DNA of 63,316 bases, the filler included, from Octopus bimaculoides (lineage: Eukaryota), in NCBI RefSeq assembly GCF_001194135.2. It is 5 parts of 5 records of this genome, joined end to end, with 100 filler letters (N's around TTAATTAATTAA, not from the genome) between each part and the next. Parts side by side here need not be neighbours in the genome. Positions count along the whole stretch, not along the records: positions 1 to 26,139 come from NC_068993.1; positions 26,240 to 38,530 come from NC_068985.1; 3 more parts are not named here. One strand, written 5' to 3'. The notes beneath the pieces were generated by a model. That model was not told the DNA's origin and ran no database searches. It saw only the letters and a list, made by a program, of their open reading frames with translations. Positions 13,789 through 26,465 of the stretch are shown piece by piece; position 1 is the stretch's first letter; every line of letters starts with the position of its first letter. Position numbers and translations under genes: made by a program.

Positions 13789-14136
13789 GTGTGTGTATGT
13801 ATTATATACACATATGTATAAAGATACGTATATGTATGCATATATATAGATACGTATGTGTGTGTGTGCATATATATATGTGTGTCTGTATGTATGTATA
13901 TAGCTATGTGTATATATAGATATGTATAAAGTTTAATATATGTTTAATGTTTGTGTTTATATTATATGTAATATGTGTGTACATAGAAAAATATATATAT
14001 GTATGTATGTATATAACTACCGTGTGTATATGTATATATGTGTGTTTATGCATTCACATACGTGTGTATATATATGCATATATCCAAAGTATGAACGTAA
14101 AGCAATCTGTAAAAGAATCTCACACACACACACACA

Positions 14137-14167
<31 letters not shown>

Positions 14168-14406
14168 CTTAAGTGTCATTAGATATTTTGTTCCCATCGT
14201 TGTTTCTAAATTCTTCTCCCTCTCCACTCCCCGGTCGGATTCTGGACTCCTTCCTCTCCAATCCGTCATCCACCCCTATTCATTTTTCTTCCCCCACCCC
14301 ACCTCTTACCATTAACCCCCTCCCTCGTCTGTTGGCCCATTACATCACCCCTGCCTTCCGCCTCCCGTCCTGCTTTTATTTCTCCCCAGGCTATCAATCC
14401 CATTAG

Positions 14407-14449
<43 letters not shown>

Positions 14450-14803
14450 CTTTTTACGGGGAAAAACATTGGCAGTGACGCCGAGCTAAGTATGACTCCG
14501 AAGTCACTATTATCCATTTTTTTTTTTGCAGAATAAACGAAAGTTTTGAGTAATCTTTCAGTTTATTCTTCGATTGCTTTTATATAAATCTTGACGTAAA
14601 AACAAACGTGTGTGTAGGTAGGTAGGTAAACAGATATCTAGATAAATAGATAGACAGATATATATATACAGGTATAGAGAGATGGATAGAGAGATAGACA
14701 GAGAGATAGATAGACAAATAGACGGACAGAAATATGTAGGTAGATACATACATATATGCATACATACATATGCTTATATACATGCATACATAGATATGTA
14801 TAG

Positions 14804-14956
14804 ACGACGGACTTCTTTCAGTTTCCGTCTACCAAATCCATTCACGAGACTTTGGACAGCCCAAGGCTATAGCATAAGACACTTGGCCAAGATGCCGTGC
14901 AGTGGGACTGAACCCAGAACCATGTGGTTGGAAATCAAGCTACTTACCACACAGCC
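14804..14956 (-). mobile_element. SINE family B 5' half
   Basis: acgacggacttctttcagtttccgtctaccaaatcc..cagtgggactgaacccagaaccatgtgg. Confidence 0.85.
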
Positions 14957-15550
14957 ATTTACTAAGAGAGGCACAAGGCCTCGCCTTTGGAGAGCGAGTA
15001 TAACGGATTATAATGACCCTCACTATATTACTGGTATTTGATAGATTTCATCGTCCCTCCAGATGAAAAATGTGAAGTTGACCTTGGTGGGATTTGAAAT
15101 CAGATCAAGAGCTATGTATGTATTTGTGTGTCACTGTGTATGTAAGTTATGTGTATTTGTGTCATTGTATTATGTGTTTGTGCCTGTGTGAGTGTGCACT
15201 CTCATCATTCTCTGTGTGTGTGTGTCTGAATCCGTGTGTGTATCTGAGTATTCGTCTCATTCTGGTGCGTGCGTGTGTAATCTTGAAGCAAGTGCGATAG
15301 TATGAAAGAGATAGTTTACAAGTGTTTTGTACCCAGTCACCTCTTCATTGTCTCTTGATGATGATGAGGCAGCGTGATAACGATGACAGTGATGATGATG
15401 ATGATGATGATGACAATGATGGGTAAAATTCTGTCTGTGACAGACAATACAGAAAACAATACTGGTGTCTCCTTTCGTCTTCGTCTGTCTGTCTCTCCCC
15501 CTCTCTTTCTCTCTCCCCCACACACATACTTATTCTTTTGTTACCCTCCA

Positions 15551-15611
<61 letters not shown>

Positions 15612-16167
15612 AATCCGCATATACACACCGTTTTTTTTTTGTTTTCTCTTTGGTCTGAAAATTTCTGCTGGTTGTGGATGGACAAATTCGATGTCTGTAC
15701 GTGTGCGAATGCGTGTGTGTGTTTCTATGTCCGTTTATGTGTATGCACATGTGTGTGTGTATCTGTGTATGATCGTATGTGTATGCGTGTGTGTGTGTGC
15801 ATGCATACGCGACTTCTTCCCTTGTGACGGAATTCTCATCACTTTTCATTCGAAGACGATGTTTTAAGTATATATTCTCCAGTATTATTTGTCTTCCTAC
15901 TCTAGAATCAGTGATATTGGTAGTTTGGTGCTAGGTCAACAATGATGTGAAAAGCGTTCGAATCGTGACCATCACTTAGAGAGAAGACTTCTTCATTTCG
16001 TGTGTCAGCTTCTCTGACGGCAATACCGTCCTTTGTAGAAGGATCTTCGACTGTTACTTCTAGCAGAGCCAGCGACCGCATAGAGCACGTATGAGCAGCG
16101 TTTTTTTAAGAAGCAAGCCGCATAAGACATGGTTCATCATCAAGTGGGCCGCATAAGACATCTTGAG

Positions 16168-16515
16168 GCTGTGGTCATGCTGGGGCACCACTTTGAGTAT
16201 TTTTAGTCGAACGAATCGACCCAGTACTTCTTTTTTAAGCCTGGTACTCATTCTATCGTTCCTTTTTGCTAGAGCGCTAAGTTACAGGGTCACAAGCACA
16301 ACGACACCAGTTGTCAAGCGGTGGTGGTAGTGGTGATGGACAGACACTGACACAAAAGCACAAATATATACGGCGGGCTTCTTTCAGTTTCCGTCTACCA
16401 AATCCACTCATGAGGCTTAGGTGGGCCCGAGACTATAATAGAAGACACCTGGCGAAGGTGTCACGCAGTGTGACTGAACCCGGAACCATGTGGCTGAGAA
16501 GCAAGCTTCTTACCA
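16168..16515 (-). mobile_element. SINE family B, near full-length
   Basis: Both halves present on the minus strand. Confidence 0.85.
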
Positions 16516-17406
16516 TAGGTGTCTGTTTAACGTTTAAAGAACTCTGATGGACCCGGATATAAATATTATGGGCAGTAAACTCCTCATCAAAATCTAGCAA
16601 GTTTAAACGACAAGAAGCGGAATAACAGCTGCAACGGCTTCAGCGCGTCTCTCGTTGTTCCAATTAATACATCCTTCCGCATTTCCCTATTCTCCATTTA
16701 TTCTTCACCTTCCCTTCTCATCCTTGCTCTCCTTTCTCCTGAATTCGCCAACCCCCCCCCCCACGACTTAACTTAACGCAACACTACACGTGCGCGCGCG
16801 GATGTATGCGTGTGTGTGTGTTTGTATGTGTTCGATGCAACAAGTGCAGTGTAAAACATATTATTAGTGTTGTTGCTGCTGTTGTTAAGCTACTAAACCA
16901 ATGACTTAACTCATCCGCCCCGCCCCCTTTCTCCCTCCCTTCCACACTCTCTCTCTCTCTCTCTTTCCTTCTCCTCCTCCCCNNNNNNNNNNNNNNNNNN
17001 NNNNNNNNNNNNNNNNNNNNNNNNNNNNNNNNNNNNNNNNNNNNNNNNNNNNNNNNNNNNNNNNNNNNNNNNNNNNNNNNNNNNNNNNNNNNNNNNNNNN
17101 NNNNNNNNNNNNNNNNNNNNNNNNNNNNNNNNNNNNNNNNNNNNNNNNNNNNNNNNNNNNNNNNNNNNNNNNNNNNNNNNNNNNNNNNNNNNNNNNNNNN
17201 NNNNNNNNNNNNNNNNNNNNNNNNNNNNNNNNNNNNNNNNNNNNNNNNNNNNNNNNNNNNNNNNNNNNNNNNNNNNNNNNNNNNNNNNNNNNNNNNNNNN
17301 NNNNNNNNNNNNNNNNNNNNNNNNNNNNNNNNNNNNNNNNNNNNNNNNNNNNNNNNNNNNNNNNNNNNNNNNNNNNNNNNNNNNNNNNNNNNNNNNNNNN
17401 NNNNNN

Positions 17407-17447
<41 letters not shown>

Positions 17448-17677
17448 TTATGCGTGTACATAAGTGGATATGTTATCGCGTGTGTGTGTACTAGTATATA
17501 TCTGCATGTGTGTGTGTATGTATGTATATATATATATATATGATTTTACGTCTGTGTGCGTTGCTGTCTCTTGAAATATAGTTAATATATACTATTTTCT
17601 GTCATTAAAATACTTTCGCAAAATAGCTTGTTTTACTACTACTACTACTACTATAAACGCAGTCTAAACTGCGTTTA

Positions 17678-17709
<32 letters not shown>

Positions 17710-18115
17710 ATAGTAATGATAATAATGATCATGATGGAGTCGATGTTTTCTTCCCGTTAGTGTATTGCTTATGTACTACAGTGTGTATACGCGTGTGTGG
17801 TATGCGTGTTTACTGACTGACTTGGCCTAGCATTGACAACTTCACCTGAAGACCCTCCCCACCACCGCCTCTCCAATACAGCACGACTACCACCAACACC
17901 AACACCGCCGCCGCCGACGCTATAAACCACATTGTGTTGGTGGGGGTCAAAGTTGAAAAGCTGCCTAGACATGAATTTTGGCTGTGACACTTCATGAACA
18001 CACATTCTTTGCGTTGTCCTGTGCCGTCCATAATGTTTTTCTTAATGTAAACCCTTGTGGTTAATAAAGAAATCATTAATTATTATTATTAGTAGTAGTA
18101 GTGATTTGCTTATTA

Positions 18116-18331
18116 AGGCGATGAACTGGCAGAAGCGTTAGCACGCCGGGCGAATATGCTTAGCGGCATTTCGCTCGTCTTTACGTTCTGAGTTCAAATT
18201 TCGTTGACTTAGCTTTTTTTTTTTTTTTTTTCGTCCTTTCAGGGTCAAAATTAAGTGCGAGTCAAGCACTGGGGTCGATGTGATCGACTACCCCTGTCCC
18301 CTTTGGGGCCTTGTGCCTTATAATAGAAAGG
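18116..18331 (+). mobile_element. SINE family D
   Basis: Same head, B box (gagttcaaattt) and cactggggtcgat core as 12199; (ATT)n on both sides. Confidence 0.85.
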
Positions 18332-19206
18332 ATTATTATTATTATTATTACTGATGAGTTTTAAAGTTTTTTTTTTGTTCTAGTGAATTCTATCGTTTAA
18401 ATCATTTTGTTATTTTAGAGTGTGGGAGGGTAGGGTGTGTATGGGGGGTGCCTTGTGGTGTTACTTTCGGCTCTCTNNNNNNNNNNNNNNNNNNNNNNNN
18501 NNNNNNNNNNNNNNNNNNNNNNNNNNNNNNNNNNNNNNNNNNNNNNNNNNNNNNNNNNNNNNNNNNNNNNNNNNNNNNNNNNNNNNNNNNNNNNNNNNNN
18601 NNNNNNNNNNNNNNNNNNNNNNNNNNNNNNNNNNNNNNNNNNNNNNNNNNNNNNNNNNNNNNNNNNNNNNNNNNNNNNNNNNNNNNNNNNNNNNNNNNNN
18701 NNNNNNNNNNNNNNNNNNNNNNNNNNNNNNNNNNNNNNNNNNNNNNNNNNNNNNNNNNNNNNNNNNNNNNNNNNNNNNNNNNNNNNNNNNNNNNNNNNNN
18801 NNNNNNNNNNNNNNNNNNNNNNNNNNNNNNNNNNNNNNNNNNNNNNNNNNNNNNNNNNNNNNNNNNNNNNNNNNNNNNNNNNNNNNNNNNNNNNNNNNNN
18901 NNNNNNNNNNNNNNNNNNNNNNNNNNNNNNNNNNNNNNNNNNNNNNNNNNNNNNNNNNNNNCCCCACACACACACACTCACACCACACACACTGCTGTAC
19001 CATCAAGGTTGTGCCATGTATACACTGGCTTTCAAGAGCGAGCTATACGAGGATCGAACTTGCGACTTTGCTTCCACATACATTATGTAAATTACATGGG
19101 TGTTAATGTGTCAGAGAGAGGAAACACTGCTGTCGACACTATGTGTGTAGCTCGGTCTCTCTGTTTATCTCTTTATCTACCTACCTACCTGCCTATCTGT
19201 CTGTTC

Positions 19207-19252
<46 letters not shown>

Positions 19253-19418
19253 TTCTTTGTCTATCTGTCTGTCTATCTATTCCTGTCTTTTCGTTCCTCC
19301 ATCCATCCTACACAACATCCACACAAATGTGTGTGTGTGTGTGTTCCCTCGCGCTTATGTATAAAGGATTTACATGTCTATAGAGAGACACACATGGATA
19401 TCTAGTTATACACAAACA

Positions 19419-19460
<42 letters not shown>

Positions 19461-20030
19461 TATTCATTAATCTGGATTTGATTAAAATGAAAGCACAGAA
19501 TGTGTCACCTCCGTCTCCCTCTCCCTCTATTCCCTCCTTCTCCCCTTCTCTCTTCCTCAACTCCCTCTTCCTCTCTCTCTCTCTCTCTCTCTATTTATCT
19601 ATCTATCTACATGCTTGTCTGTTAATTTCCTAATCAACGAACTTTTAATTAATTTTTCCAGCCATGTCTTTTTACTCTCGCCCTCCTACCTACAGTTATA
19701 CATAAGCGCGCGCGCGCGTAGTCACTCACACACTCTGTCTGTCCCCCACTCTCTCTCTCTCTCTCTTCTTTACTCTCTCTGTTTCTCTCTCTCTCTCTCT
19801 CTCACACACACACTTTATTGGAGATTATAGTTGTATCCTTGCTATGCTGTGCACCCTTTATATCCCAGCTGCTAGAGATAGTAGCCACATCTCAGCTCCA
19901 CGCACTTAAGAAAAGAAGGACATGATAGATTAGAAAAGATGTCCCTAGATATACACAAAAGGACCACATGGTCGTTGACGGAATACACGTAGATCTTTGT
20001 GTATATTATATATGTGTGTATGTGTGTGTA

Positions 20031-20292
20031 GGTTAGAGTGTCGGGCTCACAATCTTGAGTTAGTGAGTCCGATTCCCGGATCATGCTGCATGTTGTGTTC
20101 TTGAGCAAGACACTTTATTTCATGTTGCTCCAGTTCGCTGTAGAAATGAATTGCGATGTCATTGGTGCCAAGCTGTATTGGCCCCTTTACCTTTCTCTTG
20201 GATAACATCGGCGGTGTGGAGAGGGGAGGCTGGTGTGCATGCATAACTGTTGGTCTTCAATAAACAACCTTGCTTGGACTTGTACCTTGAAG
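20031..20292 (+). mobile_element. tRNA-derived SINE, family C, with CORE-like central domain
   Basis: ggttagagtgtcgggctcacaatc..gagtccgattccc head, then ttcttgagcaagacactttatttcatgttgctccagttc..gctgtagaaatg, which resembles the invertebrate CORE domain (assignment from recall); second copy at 47435. Confidence 0.75.
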
Positions 20293-20304
20293 CAGTAGTG
20301 CTTT

Positions 20305-20450
20305 GAGGGGAGGGGCAGTCGATTACATCATCCCCAGTACATGACCAGTACTTGTTTTATCGACCCCGAAAGAATGAGAATTAAAATTGACTCTGGTGGG
20401 ATTTGAACTCAGAACAAAAATTCTGAATTAATATAGCAAAGCATTTTGTG
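20305..20450 (-). mobile_element. SINE family D fragment
   Basis: cagtcgattacatcatccccagtac..ttatcgaccccgaaagaatg..gggatttgaactcagaac is the reverse complement of the family D core. Confidence 0.75.
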
Positions 20451-22154
20451 ATTTCATCTTAGATAGACACAAGGCTAGGAATTAGCAGGAAGAGAGCAGT
20501 CAGTTGCATCATCCCTCAGTTTTTTACTGGTATTTTATCTTGTTAAACCTGGAAGGATGAAAAACAAAGCTGATGTTGGCGTGATTCGAACGCAGATTGT
20601 AAAGGAACGCTAGGAAATAATAAATTCGTGGCATTTACTGCCATACCTGCCTCTACTACAACTGATACAAATCTTTAGAACACGTTTAGCGGTCTGGTGT
20701 TCTAGAATTTCTGATTCTCTATTTAACTAATCTGTCATACCGAGAGGAAGAAAAAAATAGAAGACGGTAACTAACTTTTACCGACCTCGTTCGGATTGCG
20801 AAGCTTAAAAGTCTTAAGTCAAAACTTAAGCGGGATTTGAACTCTGTATCTTCAAGTTCATCTGATCTGCTCTGCTGTTGGCATCGTTGTTGAAACTCTT
20901 CCAACATCGTAATCATGTCATCATCATCATCATCGGCATCTTCCGACCGCATCACTTCGCTCTGTCATTGCCGCGGCCATGATGGTTGTTGTGTGGTTGC
21001 GTGAGCCAGGATTAAGGATTGACTGACAGTATTATTGGCAAGGAAACCCAGCAATAAATAACGGATTATCTGCTTAAGGGTCTGTGTGACCTCAAAGGTC
21101 ATCCCCCCCTCTCTCTCTCTGACGCACGCGCGCACACAGGCCCTCTTCGTCTCTCTCTCTCCCCTTTGTCTCCTTTTCTCTTTCTCATTTTGGATAGAAG
21201 ACATCTTCCGTGGTCTTCCGAACCCAACGTCCAGGTGGTCCGGATGGACTGACGCACATGTTATTATGTAAAGAAGGCGGTTTGCTCTCCGATGGAGCTG
21301 GAGAGAAATAGAGGAGAGCGAAAGAAAACGAGAGAGAGAGAGTAGGAGGACGATGGGGAGGAAGAGAACTAGTGGTGGTGGGGGGGAGCAGAGGAAAACC
21401 AAGACTAAAACTTCAGCTAAAATTTACATATAGATTATCAGCTGCAGATAATACCCTCTTCACACACACACACATGAAAATGATGATGATGGTGGTGGTG
21501 GTAGTAATCGATCGAGGAAGAAGCGAAATGAAGCGAACCAACGATGGAATCTTAATTTGGCTGTTCGACCTTCTTAAAACAGCAGCTAAAATGCTTTTGG
21601 ATGGTAGTTGTAATAAGTTTTGATTCGTTATTGATCGTTGATTGATCACCATGTCTTGTCAGTTCGATCTGGGATTGATGACCTATATGAAACTAAACCC
21701 CACCGCCGCCACCACCACCACCACCACCGTTATCATTATCATCATCATCATCATCATCATCGTTCTCATGACTGTCATTATTACCTTCTTTATGGTTATC
21801 ATCATCATCAACAATCGTCGTCGTTGACGTCATGATCCTCGTCATCATCAACAACAACAGCGCCACCACCAACCAGCAACATGCAACTAAATCCTTTGTT
21901 GCATGTTGTGTTCATTGCAAATCTCCGTGACGGGTTCAAATACCAGCATCGGACTTTTTTTTTGTATCTAAAGGTTCAACTTGTTCTCCGTCTGGCTAGG
22001 AAAGAGACAGCAGGAAAAATGCAATGAAATATAAGACGAATACCAGTAATATACTTGTGTTTAACTCTCAGCTATACATTAACTTGCCTGCGCTTGTGTG
22101 TATATTTGTATAGATATATGTGTGTATATACATATATGTACGTATATGCATGGG

Positions 22155-22185
<31 letters not shown>

Positions 22186-22789
22186 TCATGTCGCTAGTGA
22201 CTGAAGAGGATGGGTGGGAGGGAGAGAGAGAGCCTGAATACAACCAGACACACACGCTGTGGAAGTATAGATGCACACATACTCAAATTCATTTCGTTTG
22301 TAACGGCTTAAAAAGAAGAGATGTCTACAAGACAAGTGGTTGCGTAACTGCTCGAAACGCACGTATTAAATGCATTCGAAACATCAGTAATTGGTTACGT
22401 GATTTATTCTAATATTATACGAGTTTGTTAATAACAATCCAATCTATCCTTGCTCAGAAAATTAGATAATACGGTTAGAAGAGAGGAATACTAGTCTCAT
22501 TATTGAGTCGAAAACATCTAATAAAAGTGTATTATATCAAAGAACACCACCGAATATATAAACCCATTTGCGCTCTTTTTTTTTTTTTTACCTCTGCTGC
22601 ACATAGAACCAACCTTGTGTAGGATCTACAGTTGAAACTGAACTTGGTACTTATATAACCACAATATCCTGCAGATAAGTTCTGCTCGTTGTGGATCTTA
22701 ACATGTCTTTCTTACCTACATACATACATACATACGTTTGTTATTTTCTTATGTTTGTTTCTTTTGTTGAATTACTGTTTTCATTCCAC

Positions 22790-22832
22790 ATTAATAACTT
22801 GTTTTTCTTTCTACTTCTCATTCTAGGTAAGT
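22790..22832 (+). promoter_or_regulatory. Recursive-splice-site-like motif (3' splice site directly followed by a 5' splice site)
   Basis: attaataacttgtttttctttctacttctcattcTAG|GTAAGT; no AG dinucleotide between 22680 and 22824. Confidence 0.45.
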
Positions 22833-23293
22833 TGTCACTTCAACCTACGGACGGATTTTCTACCTTACTCTAAACTTTATTGAAACTTCGTCACAGACCT
22901 AATCAAGATACCACGCTTATATATATATATATATATNNNNNNNNNNGTGCTAGACTTGCGTTGTAAGTAATACTAATAACAATAATGCTACTATTAATAT
23001 AATTTGAGCTGCGTTCACTTCTTCGATTGAAAGGTAAGAGAGATATTTGCTTTCTTGTTATGTCATGCTGGTTCTGTGGTTCTCTCCAACAGAGATAAAT
23101 GGTGGGTAAAGTTGTGCGGGGTGTGGGTTTATACGGCGAGTTAAACCAAAGCAAAAAAAAAAAGAATGAAATATAATATAATAAAATAAAGAGGGAGAAA
23201 TCGGTAAAGCAAGGCGTAAGCACGTTAATGAGGGGATGGGGGCGGCATGAATGATCAAAGAAATCGTAACATAGAAATATGTGCATGTGAATT

Positions 23294-23346
<53 letters not shown>

Positions 23347-23716
23347 AGGAATTAATGAATACATTTGATGTCTAGCAGCTGTTACTCCAAGCAGATTCAC
23401 CATAGCTTGTTTGATATATGAACATGTATATTACACATACTTATATGTATTTATCTCTTTCTCTATCTATCTATCTATCCTTCCCTATCTATGTACATAT
23501 GTAATCATAGACGTGTTTATATATATATATTGATATATATATATATGTATATAGATAGATATATGTAAACAGGAAAAAAGAAATCAAAGCGTGTGTGTGT
23601 TATTATTGATCGGCAGAACTTAGAAAGTGAGGGTATTCCATGCGTTTCACAACGGCGGCCATTGCACGAAACTCTTTGCCCTTGGGTCACTCTATAACTT
23701 TTTCCAATTGATATAT

Positions 23717-23762
<46 letters not shown>

Positions 23763-23784
23763 GCACACACACATACATACATAT

Positions 23785-23815
<31 letters not shown>

Positions 23816-25514
23816 NNNNNNNNNNNNNNNNNNNNNNNNNNNNNNNNNNNNNNNNNNNNNNNNNNNNNNNNNNNNNNNNNNNNNNNNNNNNNNNNNNNNN
23901 NNNNNNNNNNNNNNNNNNNNNNNNNNNNNNNNNNNNNNNNNNNNNNNNNNNNNNNNNNNNNNNNNNNNNNNNNNNNNNNNNNNNNNNNNNNNNNNNNNNN
24001 NNNNNNNNNNNNNNNNNNNNNNNNNNNNNNNNNNNNNNNNNNNNNNNNNNNNNNNNNNNNNNNNNNNNNNNNNNNNNNNNNNNNNNNNNNNNNNNNNNNN
24101 NNNNNNNNNNNNNNNNNNNNNNNNNNNNNNNNNNNNNNNNNNNNNNNNNNNNNNNNNNNNNNNNNNNNNNNNNNNNNNNNNNNNNNNNNNNNNNNNNNNN
24201 NNNNNNNNNNNNNNNNNNNNNNNNNNNNNNNNNNNNNNNNNNNNNNNNNNNNNNNNNNNNNNNNNNNNNNNNNNNNNNNNNNNNNNNNNNNNNNNNNNNN
24301 NNNNNNNNNNNNNNNNNNNNNNNNNNNNNNNNNNNNNNNNNNNNNNNNNNNNNNNNNNNNNNNNNNNNNNNNNNNNNNNNNNNNNNNNNNNNNNNNNNNN
24401 NNNNNNNNNNNNNNNNNNNNNNNNNNNNNNNNNNNNNNNNNNNNNNNNNNNNNNNNNNNNNNNNNNNNNNNNNNNNNNNNNNNNNNNNNNNNNNNNNNNN
24501 NNNNNNNNNNNNNNNNNNNNNNNNNNNNNNNNNNNNNNNNNNNNNNNNNNNNNNNNNNNNNNNNNNNNNNNNNNNNNNNNNNNNNNNNNNNNNNNNNNNN
24601 NNNNNNNNNNNNNNNNNNNNNNNNNNNNNNNNNNGTATTTCATTTTAAACGTCTCCTCCCTATTGAAGGTCACACATTAGAAATCATTATTATGGTTGAG
24701 GTGGTGCTGGCAGAATAGACATCACGCCAAACAAAATGGTTGAGGGTTGCATGTGGCCCTGGGGGCTGCGCTTGAAAACCGCTGTTTCGGAAGCTTTTTA
24801 AATATCTTTTTTTTTTTTTTCTAACGAAGTGTTTCGCTTGAAACCACGCTACATCAGGTTAAGAACGGGTGATACCTTAAACACGGCCTAATAATGGTGC
24901 CCGCTCTACCTTCGGTCATTCCGTTGTGTAACCTACAAGACATTAAGGAATCATAGATAAATGTTTCATTAACCGAATGATTAATCAAACAATCGATTAG
25001 TTAACTAATGAGCGAACGAAGAAATAATACGGAAGTGAAATTGAACCAGTGCGTGTGTCTATTATTGGCGTAATGACCCTACCGAAATGCAACGAAGTTT
25101 GTTTCAATTCACGAATTCGACACACGAATTTCGAACCAAATTCAAAAATGAAACGGGAAAATAATGTATTAAAAATTCAATTTTTTCTCCGATCGGCGCG
25201 TATAGATAGATAGATAGATAGATAGATAGGTGTGTGTGTGTATAATCAGCGTCAATTTCCTCCTCTTTGTGCCTCATTGATATGTTGCACCTTCCTAAGC
25301 TTTAAACACTTTATCCACCCTTCCACGTAAACATAAACGCCCCTCTTCTTTTTTATTTTGTTTTTTTTTTTCTCTTCATAATTATAAACTTTAATATTTA
25401 AATAATCTAAGCCAGAAATAGACCCGTCTTCGCTCTGCCCCTATACACTTTAAAAAAAAGAAAAACACCCAATAAGGCTTCTACAAATGCCTGAGGGCTT
25501 ATAACAACAACAAC

Positions 25515-25545
<31 letters not shown>

Positions 25546-25995
25546 ATACATCATAAACGCTTGTCTCCCTAACTCTTTTCTCCCTACAAATGGGTTTGTT
25601 GTCTATTTATTTTTACTTTTCTCTTTCCAAAAAAACCTTATTTCCTACCAACCTTCGACGCCAAGAACCCCCACTTTTTTTCTCTTATTTATTAATTTAT
25701 TTGCTTTGCACTTTGTGTTCTTTTTGTTTTGTTTTTTTACACTAAATTGTTGTTGTTTTTTGTTCTTGTTGCTCTTGGTTGTTGTTCCTACTGGCTATGT
25801 TAGTATTGTTGTTGTCGTCTGCTGTTCGCTGCTGCTGTAGGTGTTGCTGCTGTTGCTATAATTAATGTAATTGTTGTTAGTTACCATTGTTGTTGTTGTT
25901 GTCATTCCTTTTTTTTTTCTTTTGTTTATAATCTCATATTCTTCATTGTTTTCTTGTTTCTTCTCCTCCTGCTCCTCCTCTTTTTCTTTACTTTA

Positions 25996-26139
25996 CGTGT
26001 GTGTGTGTGTGTATGGTTGTACGTGTGTGTGTGTGTGTGTATGGTTGTGTGTGTGTGTGTGTATGGTTGTGTGTGTGTGTGTGTGTGTGTATGGTTGTAC
26101 GTGTGTGTGTGTGTGTGTATGGTTGTGTGTGTGTGTGTG
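25996..26139. repeat. Compound (GT)n-ATGGTT higher-order repeat
   Basis: (gt)n atggtt [gtac] unit repeated 5 times up to the gap. Confidence 0.9.
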
Positions 26140-26239
26140 NNNNNNNNNNNNNNNNNNNNNNNNNNNNNNNNNNNNNNNNNNNNTTAATTAATTAANNNNN
26201 NNNNNNNNNNNNNNNNNNNNNNNNNNNNNNNNNNNNNNN
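26140..26239. other. Artificial 100-bp join linker (44 N + TTAATTAATTAA + 44 N)
   Basis: Exact symmetric N counts; the 12-mer at 26184-26195 gives stops in all six frames. Confidence 0.95.
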
Positions 26240-26465
26240 ACGAGGACAGGTGGTGTAAATAACAAAAGGATGTATTAGTATGACGCTCGGGAATACGGAA
26301 AGTCTTTGACGTTTCGAGCTACGCTCTTCAACAGAAAGAATACGGAGACAAGGAGAAACACACGGAGAAAAAAAATTGAATAGTGTCCAGTCAACGGTCA
26401 ATCATAATAATGGCTGATCATTACAATGGCTGACCGGAAGTTAGAAATTCTTTTTTCAGGAGAGC
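26240..26465 (-). mobile_element. Penelope-like repeat fragment carrying a hammerhead-like motif
   Basis: Related copies at 27210-27320 and 60690-60780; contains a gaaacgtc-type minimal hammerhead core. PLE assignment is inferred; no RT or GIY-YIG ORF is visible. Confidence 0.5.
26303..26339 (-). ncRNA. Minimal type I hammerhead-ribozyme-like motif (variant core)
   Basis: Minus-strand RNA: UCUUU-CUGUUGA-A-GAGC(GUA)GCUC-GAAA-CGUC-AAAGA; perfect 5-bp stem I, 4-bp stem II, GUC triplet, palindromic ACGU in place of stem III; core differs from CUGANGA at A6. Confidence 0.5.

Noticed and set aside
20719-20955. Protein-looking ORF MMRSEDADDDDDDMITMLEEFQQ..
   Set aside because: Acidic run is a (GAT)n microsatellite and the frame crosses a SINE D-like gagttcaaatcccgc remnant; no homology recognised.
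26184-26195. TTAATTAATTAA as a homeodomain site or palindrome
   Set aside because: Occurs four times, always centred in 44+44 N; synthetic spacer.
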